A DNA stretch of 64,000 nucleotides, from the IMG/VR virus record IMGVR_UViG_3300020367_000005; one strand, written 5' to 3'. A model generated the notes under the pieces. That model saw nothing but the letters and a program-made list of their open reading frames with translations, was not told where the DNA came from and did not search any database. The DNA comes from an uncultured virus (IMG/VR IMGVR_UViG_3300020367_000005) (lineage: Duplodnaviria; Heunggongvirae; Uroviricota; Caudoviricetes; Kyanoviridae). A program made the position numbers and the translations under genes. Shown in pieces: positions 9,941-18,979 of the stretch; within the stretch, counting starts at the first letter, position 1; every line of letters begins with the position of its first letter.

Positions 9941-12361
9941 TTAACAACTCAACATTGGTGAAGGTTTAGTGTATACAACTTTAGTTGCACCGCTTCCCTG
10001 GTTATTTATTATGGGCTGAAGGACTTTCCTTGTAATAGTGATAACCTGTGGTGCAATGTCATCCATTGCCTCCTCAGCGAAGTGGTACTCAGTCATTTCT
10101 TTAGCAGCATCCCTATCCTTAACCATCATTTCCATTTGAATGTTGGTAGGGACACCAGTATGATGTATAGAAGGTTCTGGAGTTGGTACTATAGGAGTTT
10201 CACCACCCTTGGAGAAATTCTCATTGTATATTGAGTATGCTCTTACCTTCTTATTACCTTCTGAATCAGTATAAACTAAGTCATAGTCTTTTAAGAACTT
10301 CTTATACTCAGTCTCCACACGTTTGTTCGTCAGTTTCGCTGCAACACTATTATTAAGTATTGGATAAAGTATTCTAGGATGTATCTTACCTTCTAAGGAT
10401 CCACCTGGAAGTATATCTCTAATAGTATGATGAGGTTTCGCTTTCTTGAGTGCTATCAACTCATCCATAATATCCTTATTATGTTTTATCAGTTGATGTA
10501 GATCAATTGACCCAAGATGCTCTTCATATTCTTCGGAAGATGATACATCAACTACTTCTCCATTAAGGGTCTTCTCAATATGCTTAGTTCTCAACTGCTG
10601 CCAACTATAAACGAATTGATCTGGTGTAGGTCTACCAACGTAGTCAGTAATCTTAACAGGTCCAGGGTTTCCACCACCAGCTAAACTTTTAACTAATTTA
10701 ATAGCACCACCTGCTGCTGCATAGAATACAGGTACATTACGTTTAACAATTTTTACCTCTCCACCTTCTGCCTTCTCCTCTGCCAGGTCAACATTAGCAC
10801 CTGGATCCTTACCTCTTATAACTCTCCATGCAAACCCTATAGGATTAGCTGCGAACGCTATCATATTCTTGACAGCACCTATAACCATGCCAATAATCTT
10901 CCCTATCAATGATATAGCAGGTCCCATCACTATCTTAATGAAGTTACCTAGTGGTGCGAGTATGGTCATTAACCATTGACCTAACTTACCAACAAACTTG
11001 AATAAGGTACCAAGGAAATCCCAGTAACCAGTCTCTTTCATTAAACCCTTCACCAGATCCCACAACATCCTAAACATCTTACCAATAGGTTCAAATAGTG
11101 GTTTGATTACTGGTAAGAATGTCTTACCTACCCACTCACCTAAGAAACTACCAATAGCATTACCCACTATAGGTGCAAATGGTCCTAAGAATGGTCCTAA
11201 TAATGCAGTACCAGCAGCAGCACCTAACATACCACCTGCTGCCTGTCCAATACCTGCACCTACTGCTTCAGTTGCATCCTCTCCACTCTGTATACCTGAG
11301 AAAATACGTGTTGCACCACCTAAAATAGCAACACCTTTCATCATTCCAGGGGAAGATAACTTACCACCAATCCCCTTCATCTTCTTACCAATTACACCCT
11401 TACCCTTTCTCCACTTCTTTAATGCACCTGCTTTGAGGTTACGTCCTCTCTGTTTAACAGTAGGACCTACTCTCTGTTGGAATGCATTTTCTTTACCTGC
11501 ACGTCGTGCAGACTTACGCATATTTTTATATTCTTTCTCTGAATATATTACTCCTGTCTTTTTATCCTTATATCCTTTCTTCCTCCAAGCTGCCTGTGCT
11601 TCTGCTTCTCCCTGTTGATCTGCTTGACCACCAAATACATCTTTCAATCTATTAACATCAGTTATCAACTTCCATGGCATCACCATGTAGGATGCAAACC
11701 TTAATGCTGCAATACCAGATGCAAGTTGAAGGAAACCTCCCATAAATCTGAAAGTCCTCTTAATTGGACCTTCATCAAATCCCTTACCAAATAGATTGGT
11801 AAGACCATCCATCACCTTATTAATACCAAACCCTACTACCGCCCAACCAAATTTAGCGATAGCAAATATTGCTTTAAATACTTTCTGAGCTTTCTCTGGG
11901 CTCTTTGATAACCAATCCAAAACACCCATTGCTAGGAAGAATTTGAATATAGGTGTTAAGAATCCAGTAATCATCCCCAGAAAGGATTTCATCGGACCTT
12001 TAGCTTCTTTCTTCTTCTTATCTACATCCTTATCAGCATCTTTCTCACCTTCCTCTGCTGCATTCTCAGTCTCCTTTCGTCTATTCCTCCTGAACATGCG
12101 AACAAAACGAGAGAGAAAACCTCTATGTTTCTTCTTATCGTCTTTATCTTCTAAATTAGCAGTATCTACGTCTGTCTCTTGCTTATCTGCTAACCACTCT
12201 TTCTCAAACTTTATTAGTTTATGTGTCTCAACATAGTTCTTACCAATAGACTCAGTAACTTTACCAGTCTGATTAATACCTTTACGAAGCTCGTTAAAAC
12301 CATCCGTGAAAGCTCCCTTCTCGGATATAGGTTTAATTTTAACGTAACTACGGATGGACAT
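9941..12361 (-). CDS. Tape-measure-like tail protein (paralog 1)
   Basis: Same architecture as 7439-9937 (LDWLSKSPEKAQK vs LDWVSKNPDKVQK; glycine zipper; AxGG motifs). Confidence 0.6.
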   Translation of the reverse strand: MSIRSYVKIKPISEKGAFTDGFNELRKGINQTGKVTESIGKNYVETHKLIKFEKEWLADKQETDVDTANLEDKDDKKKHRGFLSRFVRMFRRNRRKETENAAEEGEKDADKDVDKKKKEAKGPMKSFLGMITGFLTPIFKFFLAMGVLDWLSKSPEKAQKVFKAIFAIAKFGWAVVGFGINKVMDGLTNLFGKGFDEGPIKRTFRFMGGFLQLASGIAALRFASYMVMPWKLITDVNRLKDVFGGQADQQGEAEAQAAWRKKGYKDKKTGVIYSEKEYKNMRKSARRAGKENAFQQRVGPTVKQRGRNLKAGALKKWRKGKGVIGKKMKGIGGKLSSPGMMKGVAILGGATRIFSGIQSGEDATEAVGAGIGQAAGGMLGAAAGTALLGPFLGPFAPIVGNAIGSFLGEWVGKTFLPVIKPLFEPIGKMFRMLWDLVKGLMKETGYWDFLGTLFKFVGKLGQWLMTILAPLGNFIKIVMGPAISLIGKIIGMVIGAVKNMIAFAANPIGFAWRVIRGKDPGANVDLAEEKAEGGEVKIVKRNVPVFYAAAGGAIKLVKSLAGGGNPGPVKITDYVGRPTPDQFVYSWQQLRTKHIEKTLNGEVVDVSSSEEYEEHLGSIDLHQLIKHNKDIMDELIALKKAKPHHTIRDILPGGSLEGKIHPRILYPILNNSVAAKLTNKRVETEYKKFLKDYDLVYTDSEGNKKVRAYSIYNENFSKGGETPIVPTPEPSIHHTGVPTNIQMEMMVKDRDAAKEMTEYHFAEEAMDDIAPQVITITRKVLQPIINNQGSGATKVVYTKPSPMLSC

Positions 12362-12547
12362 CTACATTGACATTTTTCTTTCGTCTGCTTTTTGCCTACG
12401 CTCTTCCTCTTGGATATGAGCTAATAGCAGTTGTATATAAACATCACGTTCCCATGGTACCATATTCTCTAATTCAGTCAGAGAGTATTTGTGGTGCTGC
12501 ATTAATGCGAAGTTAGTCCTAAAATAGTTTTCAAGACTGTCATGCAT
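12362..12547 (-). CDS. gp51: Short gp51-like baseplate hub assembly protein; probably the -1 frame extension of gp26
   Basis: NYFRTNFALMQHHKYSLTELENMVPWERDVY; the frame is open back through the slippery site. Confidence 0.8.
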   Translation of the reverse strand: MHDSLENYFRTNFALMQHHKYSLTELENMVPWERDVYIQLLLAHIQEEERRQKADERKMSM

Positions 12548-12565
12548 TAACGCTACTCGAAAAAA
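12499..12565 (-). other. Putative programmed -1 frameshift signal
   Basis: U_UUU_UUC heptamer (12565-12559), 5-nt spacer, two stacked 10-bp stems (12553-12499). Confidence 0.7.
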
Positions 12566-13257
12566 CTTGCTAGTCCCTCCAGTACCAACTCTGACTTGAC
12601 CTTTGTCTTAGGATTAGTTACCTCTAATGTATAAGAGAGTTTAGGCATAGTCTCAAAGAAGTTTTGGATCTTACCAAACTGCTCTGAGTTTAGGTTCTCT
12701 AAGAAATCAAGTGCTTCCTTCTTAGTGAAAGAATCATATACTTCCTCCTTGTCATACACTTGGTTTATACAACCTGCTGCAAGTTGGAATACATCATCAA
12801 GTGAAGGTGTATCAGTTAGATTTTGTTGGACAAAAGTCTCCAATGAAGGATACTTCATCTCAATACCAACACCACCACCAACATCAATCTTATTGTTATG
12901 TCCTTCAGGAATAACAACATCGACTTCTCCTAGTGGTACTTCAACTTTTACTTGAGTTTCTTCATCATCTGGGCATGTGACCTTAAATTCACTAACTTCA
13001 CCAACTGCTGAAGCACGAATCTTCAAGAATATAAATTCAATCTCAAATGTTGCTAGGTCTTCAACTTTGGATTTCAGGTTGGTGCAGTTTCTAATGATTG
13101 TCTTCACTGCTTTCATCATTTGCTTGTCGTCTTGCGACTCCATAGCGAGATAAAGCAATTTCTCTTCCTTAACTAGGAAGGGTCTATATGTAATTTTGCG
13201 ACCTGTAATAGGCATCTCAGCTTCATATTCAGGTATGGCTAACTGTGGTAAAGGCAT
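12553..13257 (-). CDS. gp26: Baseplate hub subunit/assembly chaperone, T4 gp26-like
   Basis: MPLP...YRPFLVKEEKLL...FLKIRASAVGE...LEGLASFF. Confidence 0.88.
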   Translation of the reverse strand: MPLPQLAIPEYEAEMPITGRKITYRPFLVKEEKLLYLAMESQDDKQMMKAVKTIIRNCTNLKSKVEDLATFEIEFIFLKIRASAVGEVSEFKVTCPDDEETQVKVEVPLGEVDVVIPEGHNNKIDVGGGVGIEMKYPSLETFVQQNLTDTPSLDDVFQLAAGCINQVYDKEEVYDSFTKKEALDFLENLNSEQFGKIQNFFETMPKLSYTLEVTNPKTKVKSELVLEGLASFFE

Positions 13258-13273
13258 AACAACTAATTATATG

Positions 13274-13831
13274 TTAACTATTTAGACGTGTATACTGACA
13301 TGGTTGATCCTTATTCCAGAAATTGAAATTAAAGGAAATTATAGTCTTAGGTATATCTATCATGTTAGGGGGTGCTCTATGTATAAGAAAACTAGGAAAT
13401 GCTACCACATCTCCCTCCTCTACATCTAACTCATGGACATCATCAGTAAATGGATCCCTATACTCTGTCTTAGGGGTACCACTTGGCATATCCAAATAAT
13501 AAACACCACTAAATTGACAGTCATGGCAGTGCCAACTGTGATATTGGTCTTTCGTATATTGCTGATAGAAGAAAGTCCTTACTTCAAATCCCTGAAAGAA
13601 TGCACCCTTCATCTCCCTAGTAAATTCTGTTAGGGTATCATATATCCTATCTTCTACAAAATCCAGATATGGACGTGGTACATCTCTGTCTATATCATAA
13701 TCAGACATAATATCAAGGTCATTTGCACGTATCCTTGCCTTCTGATTGTTAATAGCGATCAGTGCAGAATCCTTAAACTCACTATGGTCCTTAATCTTCC
13801 TCTTGAAGATTGGACATTCAATTTTCATCAT
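13274..13831 (-). CDS. 2OG-Fe(II) oxygenase-like protein
   Basis: HSWHCH...FSGVYYL...FPSFLIHR...IISFN. Confidence 0.8.
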   Translation of the reverse strand: MMKIECPIFKRKIKDHSEFKDSALIAINNQKARIRANDLDIMSDYDIDRDVPRPYLDFVEDRIYDTLTEFTREMKGAFFQGFEVRTFFYQQYTKDQYHSWHCHDCQFSGVYYLDMPSGTPKTEYRDPFTDDVHELDVEEGDVVAFPSFLIHRAPPNMIDIPKTIISFNFNFWNKDQPCQYTRLNS

Positions 13832-13832
13832 A

Positions 13833-14564
13833 TTAATAACCTACTTTTGCAACTTGTTTCTGGGATGTATCTGTTGATAATGCACTACCAAGATCAGTAA
13901 ACTCATTTATATATGAGTCAGTATCACCACCCCATTTACCGTCATCTACTGTATCGAATCTAAATCTCTCGTATGCAAACTGCACAGTCAACTTCTGTAG
14001 TTGTGTCTGCTCGTTATTCCATGTCATCCCTGATATATCTTTAGGGAATGCACCATAGAATTGCCATACTGCTGAAACTCTATTAAGTCTGGATCTTGCT
14101 ACCTTACCTTCTTTAGTAAGACCTTCATATACTACGTTAGAACCTGTTTCCCACTTAAGTATGTTGATACTTGTCACATATTCATCATAAAAAGTTGCCC
14201 TATTCTCTCCATCATGTGCTGTATAGCTCATCCAGTTCTGGAAGATTGTGTTATGAATCTGGTCTTTAGTAACAAGGAAATCAATACTTAAAGGACCATA
14301 CTGGTTAACAGAATAGGCGAAATTCCTTGCTACACCTACATCTCTCTGTGTACCAGTCATAATTGCTTTACCAGGAACTACTACCTGATCAGCAAGATAA
14401 CTAAGAGATTCGACTGCTTCTCTATAATCTGTCCTAATGGTATCAACCTTCTTTCTTAAGACGAAAGGTAGTGCCATATCAACTGTATACAGGTTTGATT
14501 TAGAAGGTTCTTTCCTACCTCCTCCAATCAACTGTCTAAATTTATCAAAACTATTAGTACTCAC
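13833..14564 (-). CDS. Tail-tube-fold baseplate protein (gp54/gp19-like)
   Basis: GAFPKDIS...LTVQFAYE tube-protein motifs; baseplate context. Confidence 0.65.
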   Translation of the reverse strand: MSTNSFDKFRQLIGGGRKEPSKSNLYTVDMALPFVLRKKVDTIRTDYREAVESLSYLADQVVVPGKAIMTGTQRDVGVARNFAYSVNQYGPLSIDFLVTKDQIHNTIFQNWMSYTAHDGENRATFYDEYVTSINILKWETGSNVVYEGLTKEGKVARSRLNRVSAVWQFYGAFPKDISGMTWNNEQTQLQKLTVQFAYERFRFDTVDDGKWGGDTDSYINEFTDLGSALSTDTSQKQVAKVGY

Positions 14565-15040
14565 TTGAGTCTACTCCATATTACTGAACTAGGTACTTCC
14601 ATTACTTTCCCAAGTCCTTTAGGTCTTATAACAAATTGCTCTACTGGTAGAGGTACCATTTCATGTAGGTCTTCTTGAGGGACTCTATACACTCTGGTAG
14701 CATTAGATATAAAGTATTTATGATAGCAACGCATAGGAAATGAAATACCACCATCAGCCCAGTTACCAGCTATGGTTACCCTAGTAGTTGGTCTCAGATA
14801 ATGTAAGTTACCACCTGAAAACTGCATCTTATCATAATCAACATCAACTATTAGTACCATAGGGAATGTATCCCAAAATAGTAGATCTGGTGTCGCTGCT
14901 GAATAATTAAAGAATATAATATCACCCACCTCAAAAGCACCTGTATACTCTTCAAGACCATACTGTAACTGCTCTCTATACCAAGTCTTATTCATTGGCA
15001 TACCACCAGCTAATTCTTTTATGTCGGCAAAAACGCTCAT
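14561..15040 (-). CDS. gp2: DNA end protector-like protein, T4 gp2
   Basis: FFNYSA...FWDTFPMV...GGNLHYL; adjacent to gp4. Confidence 0.65.
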   Translation of the reverse strand: MSVFADIKELAGGMPMNKTWYREQLQYGLEEYTGAFEVGDIIFFNYSAATPDLLFWDTFPMVLIVDVDYDKMQFSGGNLHYLRPTTRVTIAGNWADGGISFPMRCYHKYFISNATRVYRVPQEDLHEMVPLPVEQFVIRPKGLGKVMEVPSSVIWSRLK

Positions 15041-15471
15041 ACTCCTAGTTGATGTTCTGTAATAATGAGAAAAGACATACGACGATCTGCACAGTATGCT
15101 CTAGCTGCTTTCCATTTAGCAGCATTTACATTATATGTTTTAACCTCACTTAGAAAAGTCCTTGGTTTCTTCTTCCCTCTGCGTGGGGGTTTAGTCTGAG
15201 CATAAGGTTTGACTTCGACGATACTCCTGGCGAGTAACCCCGACTTTGTTCTTGCTTTAACATAAAAATCTGGATAATAACGATGAACACGGTTGTCCAG
15301 AGGACTCCTGTAAGGAATAATAATCTCTTCACTACCCCACTCCAATACGTTTGCATTTCTATCACACCATAGCATAAATTTCTTTTCCCACAAACTCCTA
15401 TAAATAATGTTTGTAGGATCACCCTTATATTTTTTGTAGTTGACTGGTCTGAATTTACCTTTATAACTCAT
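15037..15471 (-). CDS. gp4: Head completion nuclease, T4 gp4
   Basis: MSYKGKFRPVNYKKYKGDPTNIIYRSLWE...YYPDF...VEVKP; start refined to MSYKG. Confidence 0.92.
   Translation of the reverse strand: MSYKGKFRPVNYKKYKGDPTNIIYRSLWEKKFMLWCDRNANVLEWGSEEIIIPYRSPLDNRVHRYYPDFYVKARTKSGLLARSIVEVKPYAQTKPPRRGKKKPRTFLSEVKTYNVNAAKWKAARAYCADRRMSFLIITEHQLGV
15399..15406 (+). promoter_or_regulatory. Late promoter TATAAATA inside gp4, upstream of gp48
   Basis: Exact T4 late consensus about 65 nt upstream of the gp48 ATG. Confidence 0.65.
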
Positions 15472-16414
15472 GACCTTAGTATTCCCCCAAGCCAAACCAT
15501 ATGGAGCACATTCTGCTAGTAGCAATGAAGCGATCCGTGATGAATCGGCTCATCCTACCCAAGTAATTGACTACCTTAAATTAGATATTTATGGTCATCA
15601 AAACAATGATCTACAACAGTCCATATATCTCTATTTACCACATCAGCTACAAGAAGAATATACAGCTGATTATGAAGGTGTAACATTGGGTGCAGTTGGT
15701 GCTGCTGCGGTACAAACAGCAATAGATGGATTAGCAGAAGGTGGTCTACCTGATGACTTTGGACAAACTATATCTGATGCAGCAGAGTCTGGTAAACCAA
15801 TGTTAGGTTTCAGAGCTGGATCTGAAGTTTTGAATAAAGTAATAGGTGCACAATCACTGGGTGGAGCACAAATCAGTACCCAAGGGTTATCTGCTCTAGT
15901 CCAAAAGAAAATATTCAACCCTTATGAAGAGGTGTTGTATAAAGGTACAACTTTCAGGAATCATGCATGGAGTTGGACTATGGTACCAAAGAGTGCCAAA
16001 GAAGTAAAGACAATATACGATATCATTCATACACTGCGTAAAGCAGTACTACCTGGTAAGGATGGAACCAACTGGTTGACCATTCCTGAATACTTCAGAG
16101 CATCTATTGTAAGATATGTTGATGCTACTGGTACAGAAGAAGAATTAAGTGATCCCAATAATAGTGGGGGATTCCTAAACGCATTAATGCAGTTTCCTGC
16201 CAAAATGGTGTGTAAAAGAGTAAATGTGCAGTTTCAAGCTGCGGGTGCTGCTTATTACACGTCATTGAGATCTATGGAAGATGCAGTCAAATACCTAGAT
16301 TATGGTCCTACTGCCTATCAATTAAGCTTGGATTTCCAAGAGACATCTTACCTTACAAAAGAGTCTTTTGACAAACAACAAGAAGAAAACACTGGCTATT
16401 ACAATAATTTCTAA
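15470..16414 (+). CDS. gp48: Baseplate tail-tube cap, T4 gp48-like
   Basis: IYLYLP...IFNPYEEVLYKGTTFRNHAWSWTMVPKS...LDFQET. Confidence 0.85.
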   Translation: MTLVFPQAKPYGAHSASSNEAIRDESAHPTQVIDYLKLDIYGHQNNDLQQSIYLYLPHQLQEEYTADYEGVTLGAVGAAAVQTAIDGLAEGGLPDDFGQTISDAAESGKPMLGFRAGSEVLNKVIGAQSLGGAQISTQGLSALVQKKIFNPYEEVLYKGTTFRNHAWSWTMVPKSAKEVKTIYDIIHTLRKAVLPGKDGTNWLTIPEYFRASIVRYVDATGTEEELSDPNNSGGFLNALMQFPAKMVCKRVNVQFQAAGAAYYTSLRSMEDAVKYLDYGPTAYQLSLDFQETSYLTKESFDKQQEENTGYYNNF

Positions 16415-17274
16415 TGTCTAATTATTTCTCATATCTACCAGAGGTCTATGTAAGGACAACCAGTTATAGACAGAATAACGTTGATCCATACAGTCTTGCG
16501 AAGAATATCTTCAGAAGAATCAAGATCCGTGAAGACTTATCTGACATTATAATGGGATTTTCTCAATATACCATTAAAAACAACCAAAGACCTGATCAGG
16601 TTGCATATGATTTTTATGGTGATATGCAATATGACTGGGTGGTACTACTTTGTAATAATATCCTCAATGTATACGATGAATGGCCTATGACCGAGGATGA
16701 GCTAGAAAGATATATTGATTCAGAATACGAAAGTCCCGATTCTGTCCATCATTGGGTTACTCAGAAAATTAGAGATACAAAGGGTAGAGTGCTAATTAAA
16801 CCAGGAATGGAAGTTCCTGAAAATTGGGCATATACACGTCCTGACGGTACTGTGGTAGGAAAGGCAGATACCGTAAGACCCATTTCTGTCTATGATTACG
16901 AATCTGAGAGAAATAACTATAAACGCAATATTTACCTTTTACGCAAACAATACTTAGGTGGGTTTGTAGAGGAATTTAAGAATTTGGTCGATTATCTTCC
17001 AAATAGCGAAACTAACGAAGAGACAAATGCCAAGAAATCGAAGAATACCGTCCAAGAGCAATTCGTAACTGTTAAAGAGGCATACGTCACAAATATTGGT
17101 TTAGACAGTACTATTGATTTTGCTTCAGAGCAAGATTACTCTTCTAGGACGTTTGACACATCTGCTGCAACTATAGGAGAAGGACAAACATTATCAGATT
17201 CTTCGGTTACAGTAACAACTTCAACAACTAATGATTCCCCAACCACGACTTCTAACCAGTATGGAAGTGGGTAA
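16414..17274 (+). CDS. gp53: Baseplate wedge subunit, T4 gp53-like
   Basis: RPDQVAYDFYGD...WVVLLCNNI...EWP (LysM-like). Confidence 0.88.
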   Translation: MSNYFSYLPEVYVRTTSYRQNNVDPYSLAKNIFRRIKIREDLSDIIMGFSQYTIKNNQRPDQVAYDFYGDMQYDWVVLLCNNILNVYDEWPMTEDELERYIDSEYESPDSVHHWVTQKIRDTKGRVLIKPGMEVPENWAYTRPDGTVVGKADTVRPISVYDYESERNNYKRNIYLLRKQYLGGFVEEFKNLVDYLPNSETNEETNAKKSKNTVQEQFVTVKEAYVTNIGLDSTIDFASEQDYSSRTFDTSAATIGEGQTLSDSSVTVTTSTTNDSPTTTSNQYGSG

Positions 17275-17329
17275 TGTTACGATTCCTTAATAAAGTTTGT
17301 GTCAGGAAGGGACACGGTAATATATCAGC

Positions 17330-17358
17330 TTGCATTTTACTCGTATTGCCTATATAAT
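17330..17358 (+). promoter_or_regulatory. Sigma70-type (early) promoter
   Basis: TTGCAT-17 nt-TATAAT. Confidence 0.7.
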
Positions 17359-17377
17359 AACAGCAGTAACCCCAAAT

Positions 17378-17626
17378 ATGTCCAAGATGCAAGCATACGA
17401 ATTAAATTTCGATTCCACAGATTTTGAATCGTTTAACGATAGAAAGGGTAGAGTAGCAACTTTACCATGGAAAACTACTGATGAGTTCTTCGTAATCAAG
17501 ACTCAACAAGAAATGAAAGAAGGAAAAGGTCGTCCTAGTGCACCTCCAGGATGGAATACTCGTGCAGTTAAGGATAAAAACAATCCACAACGTTGCGGAT
17601 ACCATTGTTTTAGGAGTAGGCATTAA
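17378..17626 (+). CDS. Hypothetical protein (single-gene unit)
   Basis: First ATG after the promoter; followed by a terminator. Confidence 0.65.
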   Translation: MSKMQAYELNFDSTDFESFNDRKGRVATLPWKTTDEFFVIKTQQEMKEGKGRPSAPPGWNTRAVKDKNNPQRCGYHCFRSRH

Positions 17627-17647
17627 TACCTACTCGACCCTCCAGGC

Positions 17648-17682
17648 AAAAAAATACCCCCGATTTTTTCGGGGGTTTTTCT
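17648..17682. terminator. Bidirectional intrinsic terminator
   Basis: A-tract, CCCCCGA/TCGGGGG hairpin, T-tract, between convergent genes. Confidence 0.8.
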
Positions 17683-17691
17683 TGATCTGAA

Positions 17692-18003
17692 TTAGCAATA
17701 ATATGTGTGAAGTCTAGTGTGTTCGTGCCAGTAGCCACGACCATGCGGGTTGCCCCCTCTTACCCATTCCTTCTCAGTTATGAGTTTCTCACAGACTTTT
17801 CTCCGTCTTGGACGGTGATGATGGTGGTGACCACCGTGATAGTGGTCATACCTCCAATCTTCCCAATGTCCAGATCCATGATCATGTCCATAATGATATG
17901 ATTCTACAAATGGTTCCCAAAACTCTTTCCAAGTTAGTGCTTCTGCCTTAATCGGTGTAGCAACACCAATAAGGAGGATGGGAATCATTAATAGTTTTTT
18001 CAT
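17692..18003 (-). CDS. Secreted His-rich hypothetical protein
   Basis: Signal peptide ending AEA; many His residues. Confidence 0.65.
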   Translation of the reverse strand: MKKLLMIPILLIGVATPIKAEALTWKEFWEPFVESYHYGHDHGSGHWEDWRYDHYHGGHHHHHRPRRRKVCEKLITEKEWVRGGNPHGRGYWHEHTRLHTYYC

Positions 18004-18923
18004 TAGTCTTCGTTAGCTAGAGCAGCGAAATAGGATAAATCTGGTGAATCACCTGACTCTTCTATTTCTTCTATTTTAGCACCAAATCCACTGGTTTTGG
18101 TGGGTGTAGGGTCCGCTTTAACAACTGGACTATCAAATGCAACTAATTCTTCGTCTTCCTCATTAGATTGGACGGTTGCTTTAGTGCTTTTATTCAATAC
18201 TAAATTCAATCTGGCAGATAACTGCTCATAACTCTTGAAGTTCTTAAGGTCAGTAAACTCTTTAAGAGAGTATTGTGACTTCCAAATCTTCTCAAGTTTT
18301 TCATCATCAAAATCACCTAACGTGCTTGGTACATCAAACTCACTCTTATCATAGTTCCAGTATCCACCAATGGTCTGGATCTTGATCTTGAAGTTAGCAC
18401 CTTTCCACAAATCAAAGGGATTGATTGGTGTCTCATCCTCAAATTGAGGTTGCATTGCTGAAGCAATCTTGTCATGGATTTTCTTACCATACTTGTAAAG
18501 GAATGTTTTTCCTTCATTTTCTGGATGTAGTTGATCCTTAACAACATAGATGTTACTGTAGTAAGATAGCTTACGCTTTTGCTTACGAGCAGTATCTTTA
18601 TCAGCATCTAGTCCACTATTCCATAGTGTCCTATTCAATTCACCCACAGGATCCTTCTGGTTAAGTGTAGTGAGAGAGTTCTCAATATACCAACCACCTG
18701 GTCCTTGGAATGCATGACTCCAAATTTGTGCCCATGGAAGGTCTTCACCTTCAGGCTCAGGAAGGAATCTAATAACAGCATAACCATTACCTGACTTATC
18801 TACCTCTGGTTTCCAGAGTCTTTCATCAGGACCACCTTGCCCTTGAGGTTTAGATAGTTTCTCAATCTCTTGAGTTAGTTTGGCGAATGTACCAGACTTT
18901 TTCTTTAGGCTAGAAAATGACAT
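18003..18923 (-). CDS. gp32: Single-stranded DNA-binding protein
   Basis: DERLWKP...GNGYAVIRFLP...HAFQGPGGWYIENSLTT; acidic tail. Confidence 0.97.
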   Translation of the reverse strand: MSFSSLKKKSGTFAKLTQEIEKLSKPQGQGGPDERLWKPEVDKSGNGYAVIRFLPEPEGEDLPWAQIWSHAFQGPGGWYIENSLTTLNQKDPVGELNRTLWNSGLDADKDTARKQKRKLSYYSNIYVVKDQLHPENEGKTFLYKYGKKIHDKIASAMQPQFEDETPINPFDLWKGANFKIKIQTIGGYWNYDKSEFDVPSTLGDFDDEKLEKIWKSQYSLKEFTDLKNFKSYEQLSARLNLVLNKSTKATVQSNEEDEELVAFDSPVVKADPTPTKTSGFGAKIEEIEESGDSPDLSYFAALANED

Positions 18924-18979
18924 TTGTATTTGTCTCCGTAATTGTATTGTGATATTTGCTACTGGATTATAGTAGCGTA

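Noticed and set aside
15472..15525. Longer N-terminus for gp4 given by the ORF track
   Set aside because: gp4 similarity begins at MSYKG (15471); the extension lies within gp48 on the other strand
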